The notes beneath the pieces are model-generated. The model was not told the origin of the DNA. It saw only the letters and a list, made by a program, of their open reading frames with translations, and made no database searches. Made by a program: the position numbers and the translations under genes. 64,000 nucleotides of DNA from Eledone cirrhosa (lineage: Eukaryota), in assembly GCA_964016885.1 (NCBI GenBank), contig OZ024742.1, forward strand, positions 106,330,001 to 106,394,000, given 5' to 3'. This document shows, piece after piece, positions 24,521 through 38,036 of the stretch. Position 1 is the first letter of the stretch. Each line of letters starts with the position of its first letter.

Positions 24521-24700
24521 CATACATACATACATACGTACATGATGATGGCTGCCCCCTCGTTATCGAGTATGGTCATTGCACGATATACCATTATTAA
24601 TAATTATTAATTAATTCTATCGTGCAATGCCTGTGCGTGAAGATTTTCTTTTTAAGTGGGCAAAGACTGTGCACTGAGTTAATCCCACTCTCTGAGCGAC

Positions 24701-24772
24701 AGTAGCTATAACCCGAAAAGTAGCTATAACCCGAAAAGTAGCTATAACCCGAAAAGTAGCTATAACCCGAAA
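24701..24772 (+). repeat. 18-bp tandem repeat x4
   Basis: agtagctataacccgaaa, four perfect copies. Confidence 0.95.
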
Positions 24773-24849
24773 AGAAGAAAAGATCAACATCATCGGTAAC
24801 TACTGAGCCGCAGGTTTTATGCTGGAGTTATCCCCTACATACATACACA

Positions 24850-25930
24850 CCCCAAGAAAGACCTGCAAGAGAAATTCTACATCCCATATACTTGAGGATG
24901 ATACTAACTTTAATATGCTGTGTAGCTTCTCTTGGACTCGTAACTGTAATATCGAGTCAAATCTCGAACGATATACTTTTGAAATTCAAGATCAGAATTT
25001 AGCTACAAACTACTTAAAGAACAAAAGAAATAGTTTTCCCATAAAGCCCCAAGATGCAACCAAAATGTCGATTACGTCCCATTTCTGAGAAAGGTTCTCA
25101 AAGTGGCCGCTACTGCCCCCTTCTGAGGCATTGAGAAGGTCCAAGAGGTACCGGGGCCTAAGGGGTGGTGGGGGTAGTAGAGATGATACAATAGTATATT
25201 AAATATCTAATGATACATATTGTATATAAATATAGTAAAATAAATAATATAAAATATTTATTTATACATAGTATATTATATTATTTATTATATATAAATT
25301 AACGATTTTATTTAGTATATATTATTTACAATTTGCGTGTAGGTAGGTCTTTCTGGAAATAGGGGTGGCGGCGCTGGGGGTATTACGTGGCCGTGAGGAG
25401 GACAGTGGTCCCAAAAGTTTGAGAACCTCTGATGTAGAAGAACAGCAGTTTCCCCAAATTAACAAGAACATACTTCATAATGCAACATGTTTTTGAAGCA
25501 ATATATGATGCCACCCGTAGGAAAGACTAATCTGGGATAAATAAAAAGAATAACTGTATTATTAATATACATATACTCTTCAACACAAAGAATATTGGTA
25601 GAACACTCCCATTGAAACTTCAACTAAGATTATATAGTACAGGCTTGACATAGCTGTTTATGACAGGAAAAAAATTATGTAGAATGATAGAGGTCGGTTG
25701 CCCTGTCGGTATGAATATTTCATACAAAATCATTGAGAAGGAGAATAATTATGGATAACTGCTTCGAAAACTTTACCTCCTTCTCTATTCAGTTTATAAA
25801 TTCGTGTTTATACGGATAAGTAATGGTGCATTTATAGTTAATAAATATCTAAGTGACAATGTAGAAAAGCTAGAGTTTACAGGCAACGAAGTCGACCAGC
25901 TAACACACCTTTTACAAATACAGTACGTCA
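24850..25930 (+). mobile_element. Old RLE-type (R4-like) LINE 3' relic, interrupted by a MITE
   Basis: FSWT...FEIQDQNLATNY before the MITE; after it RLDIAVYDR...MIEVGCP...IEKENNYG, resembling the RPD..IEVxCP..KxxKY endonuclease motifs. Confidence 0.6.
25089..25431. mobile_element. hAT (Charlie-like) MITE
   Basis: Imperfect TIRs gaaaggttctcaaa (25089-25102) / tttgagaacctctg (25418-25431), resembling CAGNGGTTCTCAAA; AT-rich core; the 8-bp TSD is not conserved. Confidence 0.65.
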
Positions 25931-26118
25931 TCTGAATAATAGAAATATGAGAATTTCCTTCAGTTTAAAATAAAACTCTTGAGGGTCGTTGTTCTAGAAA
26001 TCCCAGCGATAGAGCTTTGTCTCTTTGTTAGAAACCAACTCTTTCTTAATAAATGTTGCCATTTTTACTAGCATACATGAACACGCATCGGCGCACGCGC
26101 GCGCGCGCGCACACACAC

Positions 26119-26190
<72 letters not shown>

Positions 26191-26234
26191 AGACACACAC
26201 ATGAATATATATCCGGAGGTGGTTGATGGCTGAG

Positions 26235-27314
26235 TACTCAATACAGAAGTAGTCTAATACCCAATACAGAAGTAGTCTAATACTCAATATAGAAGTAGTC
26301 TAATACTCAATATAGATGTAGTCTAATACTCAATATAGAAGTAGTCTAATACTCAATATAGAAGTAGTCTAATACTCAATATAGAAGTAGTCTAATACTC
26401 TATACAGAAGTAGTCTAATACTCAAAACAGAAGTAGTCTAATACTCTATACAGAAGTAGTCTAATACTCTATACAGAAATACAGAAGTAGTCTAATACTC
26501 AATATAGAAGTAGTCTAATACTCAATATAGAAGTAGTCTAATACTCAATATAGAAGTAGTCTAATACTCAATACAGAAGTAGTCTAATACTCAATACCGA
26601 AGTAGTCTAATACTCAATATAGAAGTAGTCTAATACTCAATATAGATGTAGTCTAATACTCAATATAGAAGTAGTCTAATACTCAATATAGAAGTAGTCT
26701 AATACTCAATATAGAAGTAGTATAATACTCAATACAGAAGTAGTCTAATACTCTATACAGAAGTAGTCTAATACTCAATATAGAAGTAGTCTAATACTCA
26801 ATATAGATGTAGTCTAATACTCAATATAGAAGTAGTCTAATACTCAATATAGAAGTAGTCTAATACTCAATACAGAAGTAGTCTAATACTCTATACAGAA
26901 GTAGTCTAATACTCAATACAGAAGTAGTCTAATACTCTATACAGAAGTAGTCTAATACTCTATACAGAAGTAGTCTAATACTCAATATAGAAGTAGTCTA
27001 ATACTCAATATAGAAGTAGTCTAATACTCAATATAGAAGTAGTCTAATACTCAATACAGAAGTATTCTAATACTCAATATAGAAGTAGTCTAATACTCAA
27101 TATAGATGTAGTCTAATACTCAATATAGAAGTAGTCTAATACTCAATATAGAAGTAGTCTAATACTCAATACAGAAGTATTCTAATACTCAATATAGAAG
27201 TAGTCTAATACTCAATATAGAAGTAGTCTAATACTCAATATAGAAGTAGTCTAATACTCAATATAGAAGTAGTCTAATACTCAATACAGAAGTAGTCTAA
27301 TACTCAATATAGAA
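26235..27314 (+). repeat. 23-bp minisatellite, ~47 copies
   Basis: Unit tactcaatatagaagtagtctaa with a few recurrent variants (tatacag, gatgtag, tattct). Confidence 0.95.
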
Positions 27315-27489
27315 TTCTAAAATTCCAAAAGATTTCCTCGAATTTTTTTTTATTATTATGAATCAAGGGACCGGCTGTATGTGTTGATGTTGTATCTATG
27401 CCAGCTGGCCCCTGCATGACCCCTAGCGGTAGGGCGGAAGTGTGGGTCTGGCACCCGTCTCATGTCACTTCCACTGGATGTCGAAAAAA

Positions 27490-27572
27490 ATATATATATA
27501 CATATATACACACACACACACGCACACACACACACACATATATATATATGTATATATATATATGTGTGTGTA

Positions 27573-27666
<94 letters not shown>

Positions 27667-28025
27667 TATATACATATATATATGTATATATATATATATA
27701 CATACACACACACACACACCGTTTTTAACGAAAGAAGAAGAATTTTCCATTAATACCTTTATATGTATATATATATGTGTGTGCTTGGATGCATATATGT
27801 ATGTATGCATATATGTATGTATGCATATATGTATGTATGCATATATGTATGTGTGCATATATGTATGTGTGCATATATGTATGTGTGCATATATGTATGT
27901 GTTCATATATGTATGTGTGCATATATGTATGTGTGCATATATGTATGCATATATGTATGCATATATGTATGTGTGCATATATGTATGTATGCATGTATGT
28001 ATGCCGGCATATATGTTTGTATGTA
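27490..28025. repeat. Compound (TA)/(CA)/(TATG) microsatellite and 18-bp gcatatatgtatgtgt-type repeats
   Basis: Direct reading. Confidence 0.9.
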
Positions 28026-28904
28026 GACGAAGTAGCTGTCATATAGGTTAGAGTGTCAAATGTGACCCGATTCTCCAATATAACTCTCTTCCATCATCCT
28101 CGGTTATTATTCAATAATTATCTCTGGAACCCAAATCTGTTATAACAGCGATTTGAAACCGCATTATTGTGTCTACAATCACTACATCATCCTCATTATC
28201 ATTATATAACAATAATCGCTGCAATGTATAAAGGTCAAATTTTAGGCGTCTTGCTTATTTACTGACGGCATCTTTCTCATTGTAGTGCTAGGTACCTTCT
28301 CCCTATGAATTATTTTAACAGAAGTTTCTTTTACCACGATAAACTATGAGAGCTTATTCGGAACGCTGTAGCCAATCGCTCGGCCTGCTGGGAATGATAG
28401 CCAAATTTCCTCTAAATCCATCTCTATTTTTAACATTACAGTATTTCTAATGAAATATTTTGTATTTTAATTAATTAATGAAGAGTTTGAGATGGATTTT
28501 TTAGGATTATAATTTAATTAAGACATCATTTGTATCATTAAATGTTTTTGTGTGAAACTATGCTGGAAAGTTTAATGTATGTTGGAACCCTTTAAAATGG
28601 GTGGTTTTATTTTATAGAAGCGAAGGTGGTTTGGGGCGGATTGGAGTCAAAAGAGTTAAATAAAGGAAGAGGTCATTGACAATGTATTCAGACACACACC
28701 TAAAAGAAGGGGTTAGCGGTTGCAAGAATGCTTTTTTGGGTGGATCAGATCTGTTTAATTCTCTTCATTAAGAGTTGGTTTTGAATTTCTCTTCTATGTT
28801 CTCGACATTTTATATACGAGATATGTCAAAAACGTATCTTTCTTTAAACTGGAGTGGGGCGAACACCTACTAAGTAGAGTTCAAGTACTAACTCAATATA
28901 TACA

Positions 28905-28940
<36 letters not shown>

Positions 28941-29105
28941 CTTCCTGTAGTTATTGACGCACTGGGTTGAGATATCTTGTCTTTAATGCGTAGAAATATC
29001 CATGACCCCCAGCAGACAACTGATGAAGGAACATGTTCTCCTGTTCTTGCTTTCCTCTTATTTATAAGTACACCTTATCCACCAACTACACAGTCCCTAT
29101 TTCTT

Positions 29106-29630
<525 letters not shown>

Positions 29631-29978
29631 CACTATATATTTGTATCATGAATGTATATAGTAAATAAACGGTGATTATCATAATCTTGAGAAACACATC
29701 TGTTTTCGTTCCGTAACACGAAAAGTAGAAGCGCAATAGACATCGGTGTGTCTGAGAGTGTTAATATGCTATAGATTATTACCCTATCCAGGATGTTAAG
29801 TAATCTTTCGTCTGTTCAACATTACAAAAACAGAAGATAAGTGTCGGCCATATATAGAAGCCACGTTGGTGGGTAATGGCAGAGTGTTGTATTAGATAAC
29901 GGTTGTGTGTACTGGGGGGATATTGTGAGACGAGATGTGGATAGTTATTAACGGTGAGGGAAAGACGGAAAATATTGT

Positions 29979-29984
29979 TGATGC

Positions 29985-30028
<44 letters not shown>

Positions 30029-30366
30029 TTGTTGTTAGTGGTGGTGGTGGTGGTGGTGGTGGTGGTGGTGGTGGCGGTGATGATGGTGATGGTGATGATG
30101 ATGGTGGTGGTGGTGGTGGTGGTGGTGGTGGTGGTGGTGGTGGTGATAATGATAATGAGGAGGAGGAGGTGGAGGGGGGGGATACTGTCGGTTGTAAAGT
30201 GGTTTGAATATTTTGGTTATGGTTGTGATGGTGATGAAGAAAATGATAATTGTGATTACAGTGATGGTTAAGACGATGATGATGATGTGGATGATGATTA
30301 TGCTGATGGCGATGAGGATAATGGTGATGATGATGATGATGATGATGATGGTGGTGATGGTGATGT

Positions 30367-30398
<32 letters not shown>

Positions 30399-30421
30399 TT
30401 GATAATGAGGCTGATGATGAC

Positions 30422-30463
<42 letters not shown>

Positions 30464-30495
30464 CCGATGATGATGTTGATAATGAGGTTGATGAT
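29979..30495 (+). repeat. (GAT)n/(GGT)n trinucleotide microsatellite field
   Basis: Direct reading; source of the poly-D/M/G ORFs. Confidence 0.92.
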
Positions 30496-30879
30496 TATAA
30501 AAAAAAGCACTTCAGATTCACACATGTCTTTTTTCCCTCTTAATTTCTTTTCTCATCATTCTTAACTTTTTCTTTTGTGATTTCATTTTACTTCGTAGTT
30601 GCTATATAACATTCACATGTTGGAGGTGATTAACACACAATTAGCAGCACACAGTTATACAGTTAACAACAACACCATTCGCTAGAACACATGTCAGCCA
30701 CTAGAGATAAACATACTTTGTGCTTAGTCCATCAATTGCTACCACATTTAACTCTAGAAGTTTTCTTCGGTAAAGTCTGTCGCAACAGCTTTCGTGACCA
30801 AACAATTTCCGTGTAGTTTCTTTCTCATATCGACCATTATCTGTCACCATTTCATGACTGTTTCTTCAAATACACCCAC

Positions 30880-30926
<47 letters not shown>

Positions 30927-31135
30927 TACGCACACACATACATACATACATACATACATACATACATACATACATACATACATACATACATACATACATA
31001 CATACATACATACATACATACATAATACATACATATATATATATATATAAATAACATGAATGGGCCTGTTATTTTTCTCTAAAAAAAATGTTTCCGATTC
31101 CGCCCGTCCCTTCAAACTTTCTATTTTCTTATTCT

Positions 31136-31172
31136 TTCTTCTGATGAAGGACTAGCATCCGAAATGTTAAGA
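31136..31172 (+). ncRNA. Minimal type I hammerhead ribozyme-like motif
   Basis: CTGATGA a GGA ctagca TCC GAAA tgt TA; the core boxes and helix II are intact, helix I is weak. Confidence 0.55.
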
Positions 31173-31182
31173 CCCTCTTCCA

Positions 31183-31281
31183 GCTATTTCAAGCGTTAAA
31201 CTTCCATATACTGTACCGATTGTGTTATTTCTGTTTATCTTTTACACACCCACACCCACACACACACACACACACACACAT

Positions 31282-31364
<83 letters not shown>

Positions 31365-31464
31365 TTATATGTGTGTGTGTATGTGTGTGTGTAAAAGATA
31401 AACAGAAATAACACAATCGGTACAGTATATGGAAGGAATATATTTGTTTAACGCTTGAAATAGC
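31183..31464. repeat. Fold-back with palindromic (CA)n(TA)n(TG)n centre
   Basis: gctatttcaagcgttaaac-ttccatatactgtaccgattgtgttatttctgtttatctttta is mirrored at 31392-31464, with an extra ~11 nt in the right arm. Confidence 0.92.
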
Positions 31465-31512
31465 GTCCAGAATTAGCCGTCGAAACGGCTTGAGCTCAGC
31501 CGTCGGGGTCCT
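31465..31512 (+). ncRNA. 3' half of HHR-like motif (family B), best preserved copy
   Basis: gtccagaattagccgtc GAAA CGGC t tgagctca GCCG TC ggggtc; perfect helix III with a palindromic loop. Confidence 0.6.
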
Positions 31513-31520
31513 ACTCGTTC

Positions 31521-31551
<31 letters not shown>

Positions 31552-31611
31552 CATACATATGTGCGTGTGTATAGATATTTGTATATATATATATTTTTTT
31601 GTTTTTTTTGT

Positions 31612-31797
31612 TTCCTGAGTTCAGTTTTTTTTCGTCGCTATGGCAATGCGGCCCGACTATCGGTCGCTGTATTTGATTTGCAAAGCTGTATAAACGTAGT
31701 GTTATAACTCCATTGAGTGCTTAGCTGCACACCGAATCTGCATTCGTTAGCTTGGCTGCTGCCAAAAGCTTCGTTGATGCTGTACTAAAATTTGTAT
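31612..31797 (-). repeat. Diverged partial copy of the 14256-14923 element
   Basis: Minus: aaattttagtacagcatcaacgaag...gccaagctaacg...tagcactc-like...cagctttgcaaatca...ccgcattgccatagcgacgaaaa. Confidence 0.75.
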
Positions 31798-32589
31798 ATA
31801 TATATATATACATACATACATTCATATATATATATATAGAGTTATGTGCATTTGTATAGAGGGATTGTATGAGTCTTTGTGCGTATGTATGGATATGGAG
31901 AGAGGTTGTGTGCGTATGAGTGTATGCGTATGAGTGTATGTGTGTGTGTGTGTTTGTGTGTATACTTGAATGAATAACATTTTATGTGACAATGGTATAA
32001 TAGGATGACAATATTGAGAGATTCCTAGTTGTGTGTCGTCGGATTATGAGGGTCGCTTTCTTTTCTTTGCCATCAACTGCTATATTGACGTTTGAGACGA
32101 TTTCCTACTTCATTCTACGAAGATGTAAATGTTTCAACAACATTTTGACTACATGTCCAACCGAGATCATTATCACAGACTTCATCAAATATACTCCGAA
32201 GTTTGGTGTTAATATCGTGTTTGTTGGAGTTGCACCGTTACTTTCGCCGATTGCTCCCTTGAAAGATGATAACTATGGTTCTCCAGCAACTTGTTAATTT
32301 CGTATGGATAAACGTTATCAATTCCATCATATTTGGTCACGAGAGACAGATAAAAATAATTGGGTGATTTATCCACCCTTATTGTTAACCCACCAAAAAC
32401 ATGCGCTGTATTCATAATGTCCTCTAATGCAGAAGGGCATTTGTATGGCGCACCAACATCAGTTTTAGTTTAAATAGTGACACATTGTCACTCAGAAGTT
32501 TTCCAATTTTGAACTCAGGTGTAGACTATTCCTTACACGTGATGTAGACTATTCCTTACATTTTTTTTTTAAATCTTATTTGTTAATAT

Positions 32590-33330
32590 ATTTATTGTAA
32601 TAAAGACTCGTTTCGTCCATATTAAAATCTAAGGCTGGAAGTTGCCACCTCACTTATCAAATATTGAAGTTTCAAAAGGATTTTTCTGCCACTGCAACGT
32701 CATCACTAGCAGACTCCCCAGACACTTTCACTCTGTAAATTTGAGAACGATTTTGGAAACGATGCAACTATCCGCTGCTGGACGTAAATATTTCACTATT
32801 ACCAAACACCTCTCATATTTCGTCAAATAACGACTTTTACATATCAAGAGTTACCATCTGTGTCAAAGGAGAGTTATTTTAGTGTATAGCGTCAAGCCGC
32901 AGCACAAACAGTTTCACCATTATATTTGTCTCACTATGTGAATACATATTTATGGATGATGACACACTTGTGTGAGGTTTTTCATCTAACACACACACAC
33001 ATCCGACTGGCACACGTTTTTTGTTCTCTCCTCATTGAAAACATTTGAAATAAATCACTCAATTACTCACTCACTAACAAGTCGAGTTTCCTCGATCCAG
33101 TGAACAGTATTCTTTCCATTTGTCTCGATTTCACATTATCACTCCAAGATCCGTTAAATCTCCTCCCGTGTCAGCACACAGCATATCCAGACACGTTGTT
33201 GCAGGAGGACCTCTACTTCTATGACTGCGTAGGCTTCCATAAAAGTGAGGTCAACTGACAATGAACTGCTTTTGACCACCATTTTGAAGTTAGGTAAAGG
33301 ATTTTTCATGTAAAATTTAAGCGAGCTGCA
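32590..33330 (-). mobile_element. pogo/Tigger transposase relic
   Basis: Minus translation: RQMERILF../WIEE (CENP-B-like HTH), FTSSSG*LHRFQNRSQIYRVKVSGESASDD (32706-32726 = VSGESAS), FNMDETSLYY (MDET at 32609-32620). Confidence 0.8.
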
Positions 33331-33984
33331 TGAAGTTAAGTGGGTGTGATAGACTTGATCTGCGATATCTGTGGTCGTATATTTCTTTCCAAGGATAGTT
33401 TGATTACACAGTAATGAATTCATAAATGTAAACAGAGGGTTAGTTATAATAAGTTTATAAGAATACAGTATGCAACATACAGTTCACATGGATTAAAAAG
33501 GCACATTAGAATATATTTTAGCATATGTAACTCTTATAAGTTCTGTAAAATGACATATCTCACAGGCATATAGAGTCATTGTTGAAAACACGATACTTTA
33601 AATGTTCATATATTTGAGCATATGCATATATATACATTTCACTCAAACACACATACACACACACACGTGTATGCATGTATCTATGCATGTGAGTGTGCAT
33701 GCGTGCATGAATGTGTTAGATATTTAGGAATGTACAAATATAACTGCGTGCATATGTACACATGTGTGTGTCTATGCCTCCATAGTATGTGATAGTGTGT
33801 GCTTTTGCTACAGTATACTTAAAACTGAATTTAACGCCAATGTTTCTATTCCCGTTGGAAATATTCTTCATATTTTAACTGTCTCCTCACCTTCCTCCGT
33901 CTCTTTCTCCCTCCTTTATTCACACACCCTTTCTTTTATTTGAAGCATCAACTTCGCATATTACTTCTCCCTCTCCACTCCCCT

Positions 33985-33989
33985 ACTCC

Positions 33990-34025
<36 letters not shown>

Positions 34026-34600
34026 TACAACCACCACAACTACCACTATTACTGCCACCACCACCACTACTACCAGCTTCCCCACAATCACCTCAACCAC
34101 CGCTACTACCCCCCCCCCCACCACCACCACCACCACCTCAACCACCACTACTACCAACTCCACCACAATCACCTCAACCACCGCTACTACCAACTCCCCC
34201 ACCACCACATCAACCACCGCTACTACCAACTCCCCCACCACCACATCAACCACCGCTACTACCAACTCCCCCCCCCACCACCACCACCACCTCAACCACC
34301 ACTACTACCAACTCCCCCACCACCACATCAACCACCGCTACTACCAACTCCCCCACCACCACATCAACCACCGCTACTACCAACTGTCCCGTCACCACCA
34401 CCTCAACCACGGCTACCACCCACTCCACCACCGCCACCACCACTACTACCAACTCCACCTCAACCACCACTACCACCCACTGCCCCACCACCACCTCAAC
34501 CACCACTACTACCAACTCCCCTACCACCACCACCACCGCTACCACCCACACCACCACCGCCACCACCACCACTACTACTACCATTATTATTACTACTAAT
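33985..34600 (+). repeat. (ACT)/(ACC)-derived low-complexity array with 36-bp sub-period
   Basis: aactcccccaccaccacatcaaccaccgctactacc recurs at 34192, 34228 and later. Confidence 0.85.
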
Positions 34601-35469
34601 ATTACTTCTACCCCCAATAATAATAATAACAACAATTATTTGACATTTGGTTCTGAGATACACCAGGAATGTTTGCTTGAATCCTTATTTTATGTCTTTC
34701 CTTTTTCTTAAATAGAATTTTATTATTTTATTGCTGTTCGTCTAGTTTCTGTTGGTTGGTATGTGTGTATGTGTATGTTTGGTTATACAATGAAAGGGCT
34801 GCGCCTAATTCCTCAAACCAATGAAGTAGGAAAGGAAAGAAGCAGCTACAATTTAAGTGTTGCTGCAGTTGAATGCAACACATCATTGTTCACTTCGATT
34901 ACTGTGTGTTGTATCATAGAGCAAGTGTATTCTATGTACCATAGTTTCGAGTTCATCAACGCCTTGTGAATTAAACTGGCCAGAGTGGGAAACTGTAAAG
35001 AGCCTTTTTGAATGGCATCAAATAGTTAGGTTTTGAAGTTTATTCGGGCAATGTATTAAATCTACCACCGAAGAGTATGTATGATCCATCCAAAAGGATT
35101 TCTTACAGTTTCCCTCTCCAATTTAATTTACAACGCTTTCATCAACTCGAGAGAATGACATATAGAAAACACTTAAGGTAAAATTTAAAGCAATCGAATT
35201 GGCAACTATGTAGTTACGAAATGAGAATCTTAACCAACCACGCGGTTATGCTTGCGCATGTGTAGTCATGTGCTTGCATATAAGTGTACGTATGCGCTTG
35301 TGTGTATATGTGTGTATATGTGTATGTTGTGTTTGTATATATATAAACATATTGTATGTATATTGATATATACGCCTCTTACCTTAATACTCTGCCCTGA
35401 TGATCTTTTGTGACATTAAAAGATGGTCCTCTCTCTCTCACTCTCTCAGTTATATGTTTGTATACATAT

Positions 35470-35555
<86 letters not shown>

Positions 35556-35586
35556 TGCTCGCTCTGATCGATATATATATATATAT

Positions 35587-35720
35587 GAAAGGAGTCAGGA
35601 CCCCGACGGCTGAGCTCCGGCCGTTTCGACAGCTAGATTCCTATTACCCACTCTTCTACCCTAAGTATCGAGTACTCTGGTGCGTTATGGTCCACCTGGT
35701 TTCTTACCACACTTTCTTTG
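35587..35720. mobile_element. HHR family B remnant: inverted HHR half fused to forward body
   Basis: Minus 35587-35636: gtc GAAA CGGC cggagctca GCCG TC ggggtcc; plus 35638-35720 matches 18053-18140; flanked by (TA)n. Confidence 0.55.
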
Positions 35721-35874
35721 TTATATATATATATACTGCCCTAACACCAGCCAGAGTTACCTCCCTTGACCTGCTGCAAATTCAAAACAAGATATTTTTG
35801 CGAGCAATGAATCTTGATGTGGATTTAACCCCCAAACTCTTTCCGAACTATATAAGGAACACTTGTGATTATTT

Positions 35875-35916
35875 ATGCCCTTGAGAAGCCCAACTGGGCG
35901 AAACGTACGTAGGTGT
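35875..35916 (+). ncRNA. Minimal hammerhead ribozyme variant (CUUGAGAA core), Penelope-like type
   Basis: atgcc CTTGAGAA GCCC aact GGGC GAAA cgtacg TA ggtgt: helix I atgcc/ggtgt, helix II gccc/gggc, palindromic helix III acgtacgt, GUA site. Confidence 0.7.
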
Positions 35917-36128
35917 TATTTTAAATAAACATGTTTTAACGGTCTATTCTCCGATTTTTCACTTTCCCACGTGCTTACGCTCTGCTAACTCTCTAGCCCA
36001 CTAAATATTAACACTTCGAATATTTAATACTGCCGGCACTAGTATCGAGCACCTTTGGCATACGCTACTTGGCAAATAACTATATGTATCACCTATCCCT
36101 CCCTTTTCTCTCTTTCTCGATACGTAAA

Positions 36129-36312
<184 letters not shown>

Positions 36313-36555
36313 AAATTCGTTTTCAAATATAAAAACTGGAAAGCTGTAGGTGGAAAATTATGTCAGCTCAAAATACGATAATTTATTGTAATAAATTGTG
36401 TAAACAAAAATCTACGGACTTTTTGTGCGTTCGAAAAGATGAACTTGTTGGGGTATTTATTTATAAAATGATTGATTCCGATGAAACTCACGACGATGAA
36501 TCAATTGTAAATCAAATTATGATGTAAATAAGTGTTTGGTAACATATTTTAAAGA

Positions 36556-36586
<31 letters not shown>

Positions 36587-37995
36587 GCTGTCACAGTAGT
36601 CAGCCATCTTTATCATGTCTATAAACAGTGGCCTTCAGGTCTTCATATTTTGCCTTCATATTGCAATACGCTCAAATCCTAAAATAAAACAAAATTTGAA
36701 ATAAAGGCTGTTTGCAAGGATCTTCGTGACAGCTTGCTGAGAAAGGGAAAGATTAATGACACTGTAAATTATATCGTGGTGTCGTAATGTTCTATTTTCG
36801 GAAAGGAATACGAATCGTCCATACTGCAAACAAATAAAGAATGGAAAATACACTTAAGTAAAACAATTTAAAAAATAGTATTCCATGATCATACAAATAA
36901 ACTAGATAAAGCACAATGTGTGTAAGACTAAAATATAAAATTATTTACATTACCAACAATATCAACATTACTATGTTTTCTTTCCGATTCATTTTGGATT
37001 CGTTTTTGTAATTTCTCTGAGAAATCTCAGCCCTCAAGATAATCATGTTGAGATTCTGCACATATTCCTGGAATCTTTACCATTTACAATCTATTTGTCA
37101 ACATATGTATTAAGTTTCCGCTTATTTTAGGGAGCAAGCGTCAAATAAAATCAGCGACTGTACGAGAAGAACTCTTCAAAATTAAGATAAAATAAGTACA
37201 AGCTTACACTTGAGACGAAGATATGTTTTCAAGTTGCAGTTTGATTAAGTTGGAAAGAGGCTGATATGTTCCAGACAATAATACAACAAAGAATACTAAA
37301 GTCGAATGGTTTATATTAAAGGAGGTTTTATATAAGTTGAAGTCAGCGGTTTCCTGCCTTCGAAATTTTCAGAATAAACACCAAAATATAAACAATAAAA
37401 ATAACGACAACTTTTTTGACTGTGGAAGAAAGTAGAGAAGTGGACATAGACAGTATTGATTTCAGTAATTCTAAATAGTGCTCCGTTTAGTGACCTTATT
37501 GACCAGCAACAGATAATTGAATATATCAAACTGTATACATTCTACATTCTACTAACCAGTATTGAGTGCTTATACAGTTAATGTTTGTTTTAAATACTAT
37601 GGTATTTTAAACACATATTCATGTTCTAAGCACTTCTAGTCTTGCTCTGGGGTGTATCTTAGGGATATATCCTCAGATCTTCGCAAAACATCATTGGAAT
37701 TGGAATTTTCCACAATTTTACCTACTCTTAAACCCACCGTTCTACTAATAGACCACGACTTACACCATCGCCAAAAATGATATTTAACATACACAGGGAT
37801 AAATCAGTGTTAGTTAAAAAATGCTAATGAATTAAAATTAAACCAGTGAAGATAAAACACATTGGCATTACTTCTTAATTCTAAAGAAAAAGAAAATAGA
37901 TCAACGTATAAAGTTAAATTAATTAAAATAAATTTAAAACTGAATGAGGACTTGCAATGGACAGTGTGTGTGACTTTTAGCAAATGAGGTGACAA

Positions 37996-38036
37996 CTCCC
38001 GACATGTTTCGGCCTTATTAGACATCATCAGTAAAT
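37996..38036 (-). ncRNA. Minimal type I hammerhead ribozyme-like motif
   Basis: Minus: CTGATGA t GTCT aata AGGC c GAAA catg TC ggga; palindromic helix III acatgt, GUC site; helix I is degenerate. Confidence 0.65.

Noticed and set aside
26235-27314. CRISPR-like regular array
   Set aside because: The units are contiguous with no unique spacers, there are no cas genes, and the context is eukaryotic.
29010-29045. ctgatgaagg as a hammerhead core
   Set aside because: No GAAA follows a helix II, and the upstream gaaatatc cannot close helix I; at most a deleted relic.
32519-32560. 18-bp direct duplication tgtagactattccttaca
   Set aside because: A small slippage duplication with no associated element.
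33940-34635. Mucin-like Thr/His-rich 219-aa ORF
   Set aside because: Non-ATG start; derived from ACC/ACT repeats; the frame shifts from Thr to His mid-array.
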